Assembly: GCA_037975615.1 (NCBI GenBank)
Contig: JBANGE010000148.1
Coordinates: forward strand, 20,483-84,482
DNA from: Verrucomicrobiota bacterium
Lineage (GTDB): Bacteria; Verrucomicrobiota; Verrucomicrobiia; Chthoniobacterales; Chthoniobacteraceae
DNA: 64,000 bases
Reading direction: 5' to 3'
The position numbers were made by a program, and so were the translations under genes. A model generated the notes under the pieces. The model was given only the letters and a program-made list of their open reading frames with translations. It had not been told where the DNA came from and did not search any database. Positions within the stretch are counted from its first letter, which is position 1. The number at the start of each line of letters is the position of its first letter. Shown here piece by piece: positions 44,479-53,657 of the stretch.

Positions 44479-47286
44479 ATGCCAGCCACACAAACAGAGA
44501 ATTGCCCCGCGTGCGGCACCAGCCTCGACGTCACGGGTGCCCAAATCTTCGCAGAACGAACCTGCCCGGTGTGCGGCACACCGATCAACGTACGGCGCAA
44601 ATTCGGCCACTACGAATTGATGGAAGTATTGGGACACGGCGGGCAGGGGCTTGTCTTTAAGGCGGTGGACAACAACCTGAACCGTCTGGTGGCCCTGAAA
44701 CTACTGAGAACCGAATACGCGGAAGACCCGGAGTTCGTGCGACAGTTCGAAAGCGAGGCCCAGGTGACCGCGTCGATCAACCATCCAAACGTTGTCAGGG
44801 TATTTTCTTTCGGTGCCGACGAGGGGCACGTGTATCTCGCAATGGAGATGGTCGCCAACGGCACGCTCGACGACCTGATGGAAAAACGCGGCCGCCTGCC
44901 CGAGGCTCGCGTGCTCGAAATCGGCATCCAGATCGCAAACGGACTCAAAGCAGGATACGAACGCGGACTGGTCCACCGCGACGTGAAGCCGGGAAATATA
45001 CTCTTCGGCGAAGACGGTTCGGCAAAAATCGTGGATTTCGGCCTGGCGCTTTTTCTGGAGCAGGAAGCCGCGAACTCCGGTGAAATATGGGGCACGCCAT
45101 ACTATCTGTCGCCGGAGCGCCTCAACCGGGTTCCCGAGGATTTTCGTAGCGATATCTATTCGCTCGGGGCCACGCTGTTTCACGCGATTGCCGGGCGCCC
45201 TCCATTCGAAGCCCCGGATGCAACCGGAGTGGCCCTCAAGCATCTGAAAGCAAATGCCGTAAGCATACAGGCGTGGGCTCCGGATGTTACCAACTCGACG
45301 GCTTTCGTCATCAACCGGACCCTCTCAAAGAATCCGGATGACCGCTACGCGAGCTACGACGAATTCATTGAGCAGCTTCAATTCGCCCGCGAAGAGGCAC
45401 AGAAGCAAGCGAGCGGCGGTTCCAAGAAAGAGAAAAGCCGCGTAGTCCTCGAAGATTCCGGCTCCAGAAAAGTGAACAGTATCGTGACGATTGCGACCTT
45501 GGTCGTGCTCGTAGGCGGAGTCGGCATCGGAGGATGGCTGATCGCAAAGGCATTGAAAAAGGAGGTCCCTCCGGGAATCGAAACCGCGAGCTTGGAAAGT
45601 TTCGGACCCGAGTGGACGGCGGCAAGAGACCTTCTCGTGCAGGGAAATGTCGCGCCAGCGATCGAGGCGTACCGGGCCCTTGCCGAAAAATCCAAAGGCG
45701 ACAAAAGGTCATGGGCTCTCGTTTTTCAGGCACTCGCACACCAGCTCGCAGGGAACTCGCAAGCGGCCGCATCGACTCTCGCTTCGCTTGAACGAGACAC
45801 CGCAATCGGGCGATTTTTCGTGGAATTTGCACCGGTAGCCGGCTCCACCGCTTCGGTGACCGCGAATTCAGCAGACCGTTTCAGCCGCACCAATCACGAA
45901 TCGCTTGCGACGCTGTTTCTTGCGATTAAGGCCTACCACGACGGCAACGTGGCAGCCGCGGCACCGCTCTTCCGGCAATTCACCACGACAAATCATGAGC
46001 GGGATTTCGCCTTCCTCTCCGAGTTCAAAAAAGTCGCGAAGCCGTTCGAGGACGATCTCACCGGCTTCGACATGGTGAACTCCGCCGCGAAAACCGCCCG
46101 CAATTCTGCGGAGCGCGCAGCGGGACTCGCAGCACTACGGGAGTTCCAGACAAAACTCAAACCGGGCAGCAGCCTCGCTCCGGCGGTCAAGGAGGCCATC
46201 GCAAAGGCCGAGAAACTCACGCAGGAGGACGAGGAGGCGCGACGAAAATCCAATTTCGCAGCATCTGCGAAAGTCACCGTCTCCGGAGCGAATACCGAGA
46301 AAGACGACAAGCCGGAGTATGCAAACGACGGCAAGCTCGACACCCGCTGGTACGCGAGCGGCCCGGGAGACAAGTGGATTCAATTCGACCTCGGTGCCGA
46401 AAAACAAATCGGACGCTGGGCAGTCCGCCTTGTGCCGAAACCCGCGATTCAAAACCCGAACCGGCTCCGCGATTTCCGCCTAGAGTACGGAAACGACGGC
46501 TCGACCTGGACTATCGCAGATACCGTTTTCGGAAACCGTTCCGATACGTGTGACCGGCTCGTGAAGCCATTCTCCGCGCGATACGCACGAATCGTAATCA
46601 CCCGCGGCTCATGGAATCTGAAGGATAACAACGCCCGTCTTTACGAGGTGGAGTTAAGCGCCCCGATCTCGCCGGAGAAAGCCGGCTACGGCCTCGGCGA
46701 ATCAGTCGCGATACGATTCTCGCCGGACTCGCCGCTTTCAATTCAACATGTCGGCCCGATGTCCGTGCTCCCGGTGGCGACCTTCGACCCGAAGGCGGGA
46801 AAATACACCATTAAGGGCGGCGGCGAAGACATCTGGGCGCTCGCAGATTCGTTCCATTTCGCCAATCAGGCGGTGCAGGGTGATTTTGAGATGGTCGTAC
46901 GCGTCACCAATGTTCAAGGCCCTCACCCGTGGAGCAAAGCGGGCATCATGATCCGCACTGACTATACAAAGGAATCCACTCACGCCATGCTCGCGATCGG
47001 CCCCGGCGGCAAAGCGCAATTCGTGTCGCGGAAGGAACCGGCAAAACAGTCAATCTCGGTGGAAGTGCCGAACCGCAAACCACCGCTCTGGCTTAAACTC
47101 GTAAGAACCGGCGGAACCATCACCGGCTTCGAATCGCAAGACGGACAGAAGTGGACGAAAGTCGGCGAGGAAATCCCTGCAAATCTTGGGGCCATCGTCC
47201 ACGCGGGAATCGTGGTCTGCGCGCATCAGGCGGGCGTCCTGGCCACGGGAGAATTCGACAACTTCTTGATCACCCCGGCCCGCTAG
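44479..47286 (+). CDS. Ser/Thr protein kinase with N-terminal double CxxC zinc ribbon, TM segment and an extracytoplasmic region carrying a discoidin (F5/8 type C) and a DUF1349/ConA-like jelly-roll domain
   Basis: CPACG...CPVCG zinc ribbon. Kinase motifs GHGGQGLVFKA, VALK, HRDVKPGNILF, DFGLA and TPYYLSPE. TM segment IVTIATLVVLVGGVGIGGWLIA (~45480-45550). Discoidin NDGKLDTRWYASG...WIQFDL...FRLEYGNDGSTW (~46260-46660). Tail GDFEMVVRV...WSKAGIMIR...WLKLVRTGGTITGFESQDGQKW (~46740-47280). Confidence 0.9.
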   Translation: MPATQTENCPACGTSLDVTGAQIFAERTCPVCGTPINVRRKFGHYELMEVLGHGGQGLVFKAVDNNLNRLVALKLLRTEYAEDPEFVRQFESEAQVTASINHPNVVRVFSFGADEGHVYLAMEMVANGTLDDLMEKRGRLPEARVLEIGIQIANGLKAGYERGLVHRDVKPGNILFGEDGSAKIVDFGLALFLEQEAANSGEIWGTPYYLSPERLNRVPEDFRSDIYSLGATLFHAIAGRPPFEAPDATGVALKHLKANAVSIQAWAPDVTNSTAFVINRTLSKNPDDRYASYDEFIEQLQFAREEAQKQASGGSKKEKSRVVLEDSGSRKVNSIVTIATLVVLVGGVGIGGWLIAKALKKEVPPGIETASLESFGPEWTAARDLLVQGNVAPAIEAYRALAEKSKGDKRSWALVFQALAHQLAGNSQAAASTLASLERDTAIGRFFVEFAPVAGSTASVTANSADRFSRTNHESLATLFLAIKAYHDGNVAAAAPLFRQFTTTNHERDFAFLSEFKKVAKPFEDDLTGFDMVNSAAKTARNSAERAAGLAALREFQTKLKPGSSLAPAVKEAIAKAEKLTQEDEEARRKSNFAASAKVTVSGANTEKDDKPEYANDGKLDTRWYASGPGDKWIQFDLGAEKQIGRWAVRLVPKPAIQNPNRLRDFRLEYGNDGSTWTIADTVFGNRSDTCDRLVKPFSARYARIVITRGSWNLKDNNARLYEVELSAPISPEKAGYGLGESVAIRFSPDSPLSIQHVGPMSVLPVATFDPKAGKYTIKGGGEDIWALADSFHFANQAVQGDFEMVVRVTNVQGPHPWSKAGIMIRTDYTKESTHAMLAIGPGGKAQFVSRKEPAKQSISVEVPNRKPPLWLKLVRTGGTITGFESQDGQKWTKVGEEIPANLGAIVHAGIVVCAHQAGVLATGEFDNFLITPAR

Positions 47287-48350
47287 CCGTCCACCGCTTC
47301 ATATCCGGGCTTGATCACGTCGTAGATCAAGCGGAGCCGCTCATCAAAATGGATGAAAGCGCTCTTCATCGCGTTGATCGTTACCTTCTCCAAATCGCCG
47401 AGCCCAAGCCCGAACTGACTCACTGCGATGGCGAACTCCTTCGTCATCGTCGTGTCACTCATCAGCCGGTCGTCCGTGTTGATGGTGACGCGAAACCCGC
47501 GATCGAAATAGAGCTTGAACGGATGATCAGCCATCGTTCGGACAGCGCCCGTATGAACGTTGGATGAAAGGCACATCTCCAGCGGAATACGCCGATCGAG
47601 AATGTACTGCGCCAGCGTTCCGAGGTGTACGATCCGGCCGTCCACGATATGCATATCGTCCGTGAGTCGCGTCGCATGCCCCAGCCGGTGCGCTCCGCAA
47701 ACCTGCAGAGCCTGCCAGATGCTCGCGACCCCGAAGGCCTCGCCGGCATGCAGAGTAGAGTAAAAATTTGCACGCTGGATTTCCTGAAATGCTTCGGCGT
47801 GTTTCTTCGGCGGATAGCCGGCTTCCTCTCCGGCGAGATCAAACCCCACCACACCCCGATCCCGAAATGCAATCGCGAGTTCGGCCCATTCGAGTGAATC
47901 CGTGCGGTGCCGCATTCCGCAAATAATCAGGCCCCACCGCACGCCATATGCAGCCTCGCCGCGCCGAAATCCATCCAGCACCGCCTGGACGACAGCCTCG
48001 GGAGTTAGACCTTTTTCCAAATGAAAACACGGCGCAAAACGGCACTCCGCGTACACCACACCGTCCTCTTGCATATCCTCGATGAATTCGAACGCCACGC
48101 GCTCCAGCGCGGCGCGCGTCTGCATTACCGCGCACGTATGCACAAAGCCCTCCAGATACTCCGGCAGCGAGCCTTTATTCGCCCCGCGATGAAACCACGC
48201 GCCGAGTTCGGACGGATCGGTGACGGGGAGTCCCGCATACCCGCAATCCCGCGCAAGCTCGATCACCGTCGCCGGACGCAGGCCTCCATCGAGATGCTCG
48301 TGGAGCAGAACTTTCGGCAGTCGGCGAAGGATCTCGGTGTCCGGATTCAT
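47283..48350 (-). CDS. add: Adenosine deaminase
   Basis: LPKVLLHEHLDGGLRP, HAGE and VTINTDDRLMS metal-ligand motifs. 355 aa. Tail-to-tail CTAG stop overlap with the kinase gene. Confidence 0.9.
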   Translation of the reverse strand: MNPDTEILRRLPKVLLHEHLDGGLRPATVIELARDCGYAGLPVTDPSELGAWFHRGANKGSLPEYLEGFVHTCAVMQTRAALERVAFEFIEDMQEDGVVYAECRFAPCFHLEKGLTPEAVVQAVLDGFRRGEAAYGVRWGLIICGMRHRTDSLEWAELAIAFRDRGVVGFDLAGEEAGYPPKKHAEAFQEIQRANFYSTLHAGEAFGVASIWQALQVCGAHRLGHATRLTDDMHIVDGRIVHLGTLAQYILDRRIPLEMCLSSNVHTGAVRTMADHPFKLYFDRGFRVTINTDDRLMSDTTMTKEFAIAVSQFGLGLGDLEKVTINAMKSAFIHFDERLRLIYDVIKPGYEAVDG

Positions 48351-48418
48351 GGCACCACATTAGACCCATTCCCAAGGAAAGGCCACGGGAAGAAATCCGG
48401 AAAACGCGAAGCCCTGCG

Positions 48419-49819
48419 TCAGAAGCTTTTCCGCATGTTACTCGGAAGAATGTTCAGTTCATTCCGATACTTCGCCACAGTGCGGCGCGCGATCGGAATG
48501 CCCTTCTTTTCAAGCATCTCGACGATCTCCTTGTCGCTCAGCGGATTCAGCGGATCTTCCTTTGCAACCATTTCGGCGATCACACCTTTCACGCTCGTGT
48601 TGCTCATCGACTCACCACCCGCTGTTTGATACCCCGGCGTGAAGAAATACTTCATTTCGAAAACGCCGTGTGGCGTCGCCATATACTTGCCTGAAATCGC
48701 GCGACTGACGGTTGTCTCGTGCACTCCGACAACCTCCGCAATTTGAACCATTGTCATCGGCTTCAATCCGCTCGGTCCGTTCTCAAGAAACTCCTTCTGC
48801 CGAGCGACGATTTCGTGAGCAATGTTCGAAATCGTCTGCTGGCGCTGATGGATGCTCTTAATCAGAAACTTCCCGCTGCGAATTTTTTCGCGGATGTATT
48901 CGCGCACGTCCTCCTTGTTGCCGTCCTGCGCCATCAGGTCCTTGTAGGTGTTGCTGATTCGCAAATGCGGAATCTGATCACCGTTCAGCGATATCACCCA
49001 CTCGCCGCCGATTTTTTCCACCGTGACGTCCGGCAATACATAATGATTCGGGTCTGGCGAAAAAATCTGACCCGGCTTGGGATCGAGTGTGGCAATGAAA
49101 TTCGCCGCACGCTGAACGGCATCAACATTAGTCCCACAGCGGCGCGCGATTTCCGGGAAGCGCTTCTTCCCGAGGTCCTCGATGTGGTTCAATGCAATCT
49201 TCCACTCGAGCGAACCTTCCTTTCCAATGCGCTTGAGTTGAATCAGCAGGCACTCGCGAAGGTCGCGAGCGCCAACACCGACCGGGTGAAAGGTCTGAAC
49301 GACTTCGAGCACCCGATTCAGGTCATCAACATCAAGCCCCGTGTTTCCCGCGATCGTTTCGGGAGTTGTCGTGAGGAAACCGCTGTCGTCGATGTTCCCG
49401 ATTAGCAGTTCACCAAGCTGGATGTCCGACTTGGACAAATCCGTGCCGCGAAGCTGCTCAAAAAGGTGCTCCTGAAGCGTCTGCTCCTGCGTCAGAGAAT
49501 CGAAAAAGAACTGCCGGCGCTCATCATCCTCCGAACTGCGCCGGACAAAAGTTGCACTTTGCGCCATGTAATCGCGCCATTCGTCATCGAGCTTCGAGAG
49601 CTTGTCGAACTCCTCTCGAAACTCCTCCGATTCGCGCTGCTTGTCCTCGATCTTCGGCTCATTGTCCTCAACCTCCAGCGTCGGGTTGCCTTCGATTTCC
49701 TGCTGAATCAGCGAGCGGAGCTCGAGCATCGGAACCTGAAGGATTTGCAGACTCTGCTGCAATTGCGGAGCCAGAACCTGTTGTTGTGAAAGGCTCTGAG
49801 TTTGGGATAGGCCTGCCAT
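48419..49819 (-). CDS. rpoN: RNA polymerase sigma-54 factor
   Basis: Start set at MAGLSQTQSLSQQQVLAPQLQQSLQILQ (cat 49817-49819), the Gln-rich region I. C-terminal HTH and RpoN box ARRTVAKYR. Confidence 0.95.
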   Translation of the reverse strand: MAGLSQTQSLSQQQVLAPQLQQSLQILQVPMLELRSLIQQEIEGNPTLEVEDNEPKIEDKQRESEEFREEFDKLSKLDDEWRDYMAQSATFVRRSSEDDERRQFFFDSLTQEQTLQEHLFEQLRGTDLSKSDIQLGELLIGNIDDSGFLTTTPETIAGNTGLDVDDLNRVLEVVQTFHPVGVGARDLRECLLIQLKRIGKEGSLEWKIALNHIEDLGKKRFPEIARRCGTNVDAVQRAANFIATLDPKPGQIFSPDPNHYVLPDVTVEKIGGEWVISLNGDQIPHLRISNTYKDLMAQDGNKEDVREYIREKIRSGKFLIKSIHQRQQTISNIAHEIVARQKEFLENGPSGLKPMTMVQIAEVVGVHETTVSRAISGKYMATPHGVFEMKYFFTPGYQTAGGESMSNTSVKGVIAEMVAKEDPLNPLSDKEIVEMLEKKGIPIARRTVAKYRNELNILPSNMRKSF

Positions 49820-49953
49820 GTCGGTTGTCGGATTGTTGGTTGGTATTGGCGCGAAGTTGGGCGTCGCACCAATGAATTTAGCAATGGTTATGCCAACATG
49901 CAAAAAAAACTTTTCCGTATCTGTTGGGCGCGATTCCCGCTTTCGTGAGAACC

Positions 49954-50217
49954 ATGAAACAGCCCATCACCACGTTCTGCGCGTGTGCCGCCGCGATAAC
50001 CCTCGGCGCTCTGCTCGCGCAGCCCACCAGCGGTCAGCAACCGGCCGCCGCCACTCCCGAAGCCATCGAGATCGCGCGACTCATCGGCGAAATCGAGCAG
50101 CAACAAATTCAGTTTACGGCAAACCAGGACGCGATGGAAAAGCGGATGACGGCCATCGCCGAAGAGCTTCGTTTGGCACGGATTCACGCAACCCGCGGCG
50201 GAGGTGCGGGCAAATGA
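49954..50217 (+). CDS. Small secreted coiled-coil protein (hypothetical)
   Basis: Start set at MKQPITTFCACAAAITLGALLAQP (signal-like), followed by a heptad-like IARLIGEIEQQQIQFTANQDAMEKRMTAIAEELRLARI. Confidence 0.5.
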   Translation: MKQPITTFCACAAAITLGALLAQPTSGQQPAAATPEAIEIARLIGEIEQQQIQFTANQDAMEKRMTAIAEELRLARIHATRGGGAGK

Positions 50218-50435
50218 AAACCCTCACCGCAATTCTTGCCGCAGCAGCCCTGGTCTCGTTGCCCTACGCCAATTCGCAGACGCCCGCCCAGAAGCCGCGT
50301 AATGCCGTCGATGTTCTCAAATCAATTCGGGAGCAGAACGAGAAGCTCCTACTCAGACAGGCGGAATCATTGAAAAAGCTGGAGGAACTCGAAGCCACGA
50401 CGAAGGTCGTGAAAAACCTCGCCGCTCGTTCGTAG
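50214..50435 (+). CDS. Small secreted coiled-coil protein (hypothetical, architecture paralog of previous)
   Basis: ATGA overlap with the previous gene. MKTLTAILAAAALVSLPYANS signal, then LKSIREQNEKLLLRQAESLKKLEELEATTKVVKNL. Confidence 0.5.
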   Translation: MKTLTAILAAAALVSLPYANSQTPAQKPRNAVDVLKSIREQNEKLLLRQAESLKKLEELEATTKVVKNLAARS

Positions 50436-50445
50436 GGAGGCCCGC

Positions 50446-52803
50446 CTACTCGTAAACCTCGTAGATCTCGCCGCCGAGCGCGAAGGTCACGTTGTTTCCC
50501 AGCGCAAGCCATTGCGAGACTTCCGGACTCTTGTCGAGCAGCGCGAAGTAGTCGCCGGATGCAAACTGCACGCGCTTCCGCACCGGGTTCTGAGCTGACT
50601 GGATAGCCGTATCATTCCACGTCGCACCATTCTGGGTGAACGTTTTCCCAGCAACCATCCGCGCATCCTGCTCCACGTCGGTAGCTCGCTTGGCGATATC
50701 TCCCGCCATTCCCTTGGCCGGCGTCGCCTTTGAGCGTTTGTCCAGATAAATGCCGCCGGTCGGTGCCGCAGCAACAGCTCCGGCGGACTGAACGGCATCC
50801 GCGCTCGCGTTACCGGCAATAAGGCCGCCCAGATTTTCCTGCTTCGCCTTTTCGAGCGCGACCGGGGCGGATTCCGCCTGCTTGAGCGCGAAATTTCCGC
50901 GGCCCGCGAGCGCGCCGCCATAGCCATCCTTCGTGGAAAGCATGTCGGTGTAGTTCTTTTTAAAGTAAGTCTGTGCAACGCGATCGCGATCGAGCATCGG
51001 GAGCGTCCGGTTCGCCACCGGCACTCCGCGACGCGCTTCGTCCTCCACGATCAGGTAGCTCGTGTACGGTGTCACGATCGCAAAGCGCCGCGCGAGATCC
51101 ACGACTTCATCGCGGAGTTCCTTGTTCTCGCCGCGAAGCCGGATTTCATCCAACAGCCAGCCGACTCGACGGAGAGCCCACAATTGGGCGATGAATTCGT
51201 TGCCGGAGTCGCCGGAGAAACGGACTTTCTGCGCCATCCGCTTCGGTTGCCCGTTGAGCGTGCCATCCATCACGATCTCACCCTCCCCTTCGCCGGAATA
51301 ACGCCCGGTCAGCACGAGTTGCTCACCGCGGAACAAATCCGGGAGCGGATTCGGATAAAGCTTCGTCACACGCACTTCGGCCGGGAAATCCAGTTTCACG
51401 TTGGCCAGCATTGGCTCACGGATTTTCATGAAAAAGTTCGACACCTTCACCTCGAGGTCCTCCTCGGGAAGCACGAATTGCGAGGCTGCACGGGTGCGCT
51501 CGGTGATTTTGTCCAGCAAGTGTGTATTGATGTCCGTGCCGATCCCAAAACAGAAGATCCTGGTATTCGTCCCCTGCTCCCCCGAAATTTTCGCGACGAT
51601 TCGGTCCTCGTCGGTTTCGCCGATAGTCGGCTTTCCATCCGTGAGGAACACAACCACAAACGGCCGCGAAGCGTCGTTCGATTTCAGTTTCAGCGCCGAC
51701 TGCAGCGCTTCGGATATGGCGGTCCCGCCGATTGGCTTCAGCCCCTTGATGAAATCCGCCGCCTTGTCGCGATTTGCTCGCGAGGCGTCTGCCAACCTAT
51801 CAAACAACGGTTCCGCCTCGGTCGAGAACCGTACGATTTCAAAGCGATCCTGATCGTTCAGATTCTCCACGCAAAAATTCATCGCGCGCTTGGCCTGCTC
51901 CAATTTCTTTCCGGCCATGGATCCGCTTGTATCCATGACAAACACAACATCCTTCGGATTTACATCCTTCGATTTACCCATTTCCGCGCCGGGCGAAGCA
52001 AGGAGAAGGAACCACCCGTCCTCGCCTGCACGTTTGTGAGTCAGCAGGTGCAAACCCATCTCGGTCTCACCGGATGAAAAGATGAGTTGAAAATCCGTAT
52101 CCGGCCTCACATTCGAAGCCTCCCATCCGACCGTTGCGCGGCGATCGCCGTCGCGTTTGATGTCGACCGGATGCGAGGGAGAATAGAGCGCCTTGAGCGG
52201 AGAATCCGCATTCACTCTCACGCGCACACCGACCGTCTTCAGCGGCTGCGCCGAGAACTTCTCGGTGTTCAACGGATACGTGTAGGACGCGAGTCCGCCG
52301 TCCACTTTCAGCAGCTCGGTGTACTCAAGATTCACCTTCTTACGCGAAAGAGGCTCGATTGGGAATATACGCACCCGAAACGCCGCACGACCGGTGTATT
52401 CGAGCAGCGCCGGATCCTTCTGGCGGCGCACGATGTCTTCGTAAATCGACCGCGCTTTGGCAGCATCAAGCAATTCAGCCTCCACGTCCTTGTCGCCGAT
52501 TCGCATGGTAAACTTGTCGAGGTGCGCGCCCTTCGGGATTGGGAAGATATACTCGCCCTCGAGGTTTGCGTTGTTGGGATTAAAGAACTCCTGCTCGACG
52601 CGCGTCGTGGCCTTCTGCCCGGAAATATCGACATCCACTTTGTGAAAGACCACTTCGAGCGGCGCGAAGACGAAGTGAGGGCGGATGAAATCGGGCCGGG
52701 GTCTGGGCGGCGGCGGATTGTGGATTATGATCAGGCCATCGGCCACCGCGCCGGCAAGTGTCGCAATAAACAATACGAACAATGAGAGAAGTCGTGTTTT
52801 CAT
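50446..52803 (-). CDS. VIT domain + von Willebrand factor A domain secreted protein
   Basis: Signal peptide. VIT pattern VDVDISGQKATTRVEQEFFNPNNANLEGEYIFPIPKGA...F.M. vWA MIDAS motif VVFVMDTSGSMAG. Length is 785 aa. Confidence 0.9.
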   Translation of the reverse strand: MKTRLLSLFVLFIATLAGAVADGLIIIHNPPPPRPRPDFIRPHFVFAPLEVVFHKVDVDISGQKATTRVEQEFFNPNNANLEGEYIFPIPKGAHLDKFTMRIGDKDVEAELLDAAKARSIYEDIVRRQKDPALLEYTGRAAFRVRIFPIEPLSRKKVNLEYTELLKVDGGLASYTYPLNTEKFSAQPLKTVGVRVRVNADSPLKALYSPSHPVDIKRDGDRRATVGWEASNVRPDTDFQLIFSSGETEMGLHLLTHKRAGEDGWFLLLASPGAEMGKSKDVNPKDVVFVMDTSGSMAGKKLEQAKRAMNFCVENLNDQDRFEIVRFSTEAEPLFDRLADASRANRDKAADFIKGLKPIGGTAISEALQSALKLKSNDASRPFVVVFLTDGKPTIGETDEDRIVAKISGEQGTNTRIFCFGIGTDINTHLLDKITERTRAASQFVLPEEDLEVKVSNFFMKIREPMLANVKLDFPAEVRVTKLYPNPLPDLFRGEQLVLTGRYSGEGEGEIVMDGTLNGQPKRMAQKVRFSGDSGNEFIAQLWALRRVGWLLDEIRLRGENKELRDEVVDLARRFAIVTPYTSYLIVEDEARRGVPVANRTLPMLDRDRVAQTYFKKNYTDMLSTKDGYGGALAGRGNFALKQAESAPVALEKAKQENLGGLIAGNASADAVQSAGAVAAAPTGGIYLDKRSKATPAKGMAGDIAKRATDVEQDARMVAGKTFTQNGATWNDTAIQSAQNPVRKRVQFASGDYFALLDKSPEVSQWLALGNNVTFALGGEIYEVYE

Positions 52804-52889
52804 ATTCCGGAGTATGGCGCGTGAAGTCTCGCGGGTTGTCAGGCGCGAGTGCGGCCTTTGTCAGAAAAACGTAAAGCGACCGTCCGTTC

Positions 52890-53645
52890 TTAGGACAGCC
52901 GGTCCGCGAAATTCATCGCCCCAATCAATCGCAAACCTTCCAACGTCAAACTGGGATGAATCGAATCGATTTCGCGGACTCCGGCAGCAATGAGCTGTGC
53001 ATACCCGCCGGTTGCGACGACTCGCAGCTTCTTCACACCAAGCTCCCGCCGAATCTCGGCGAGAATCTCCCTAACGAGCCCGCGATAGCCGTATACTGCT
53101 CCGGCCAGCATCGCGTGCTTCGTCGACTTCCCTATCGGTCCGGGCGGCTCGATGAGCGATATCTTCGGCAGCAAGGCCGTGCGTTGGTGAAGATAGTCGG
53201 TCATGGCCTCAAGTCCCGGAGCGATCACCCCGCCAACATATTTCCGTTCCGCGCTGATGATGTCGAAAGTCACCGCCGTACCGAAATCCACGACAACGCA
53301 GGGCGCGCCGAAAGCTGCAGCTGCGTACGCCGCGTTTGCCAGGCGGTCCGCACCGATGCTCGCCGGTTTCGGGTAGTCGATTCCGACTCCCAGCCTGCTG
53401 CGAAATCCTGTCTCGTGAATGGGAAGCCCCTTAAAGCAGTCGGCAATAACATCCCGCTTCGCCGGCACGACCGAACACATCACCACGCGCGCAAACTTCC
53501 ATCCCTTCAAAACACGTCGCAACGTTTCCAGCGCGACGTCCGCAGTTCTGAGCTTGCGTGGACGACCGACTGCGTCGCGCGAAGAGAGCGCGAATTTCGT
53601 GAACGAGTTGCTGTTGTCGATCAGCAGGAATTCCGCAGACGCCAT
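52890..53645 (-). CDS. coaX: Type III pantothenate kinase
   Basis: LLIDNSNSFTKFAL, VVDFGTAVTFD and GGYA motifs of the CoaX/Baf family. 251 aa. Lies 12 nt downstream of the NtrC-type regulator gene. Confidence 0.9.
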   Translation of the reverse strand: MASAEFLLIDNSNSFTKFALSSRDAVGRPRKLRTADVALETLRRVLKGWKFARVVMCSVVPAKRDVIADCFKGLPIHETGFRSRLGVGIDYPKPASIGADRLANAAYAAAAFGAPCVVVDFGTAVTFDIISAERKYVGGVIAPGLEAMTDYLHQRTALLPKISLIEPPGPIGKSTKHAMLAGAVYGYRGLVREILAEIRRELGVKKLRVVATGGYAQLIAAGVREIDSIHPSLTLEGLRLIGAMNFADRLS

Positions 53646-53657
53646 GGGGCTGAGAGC

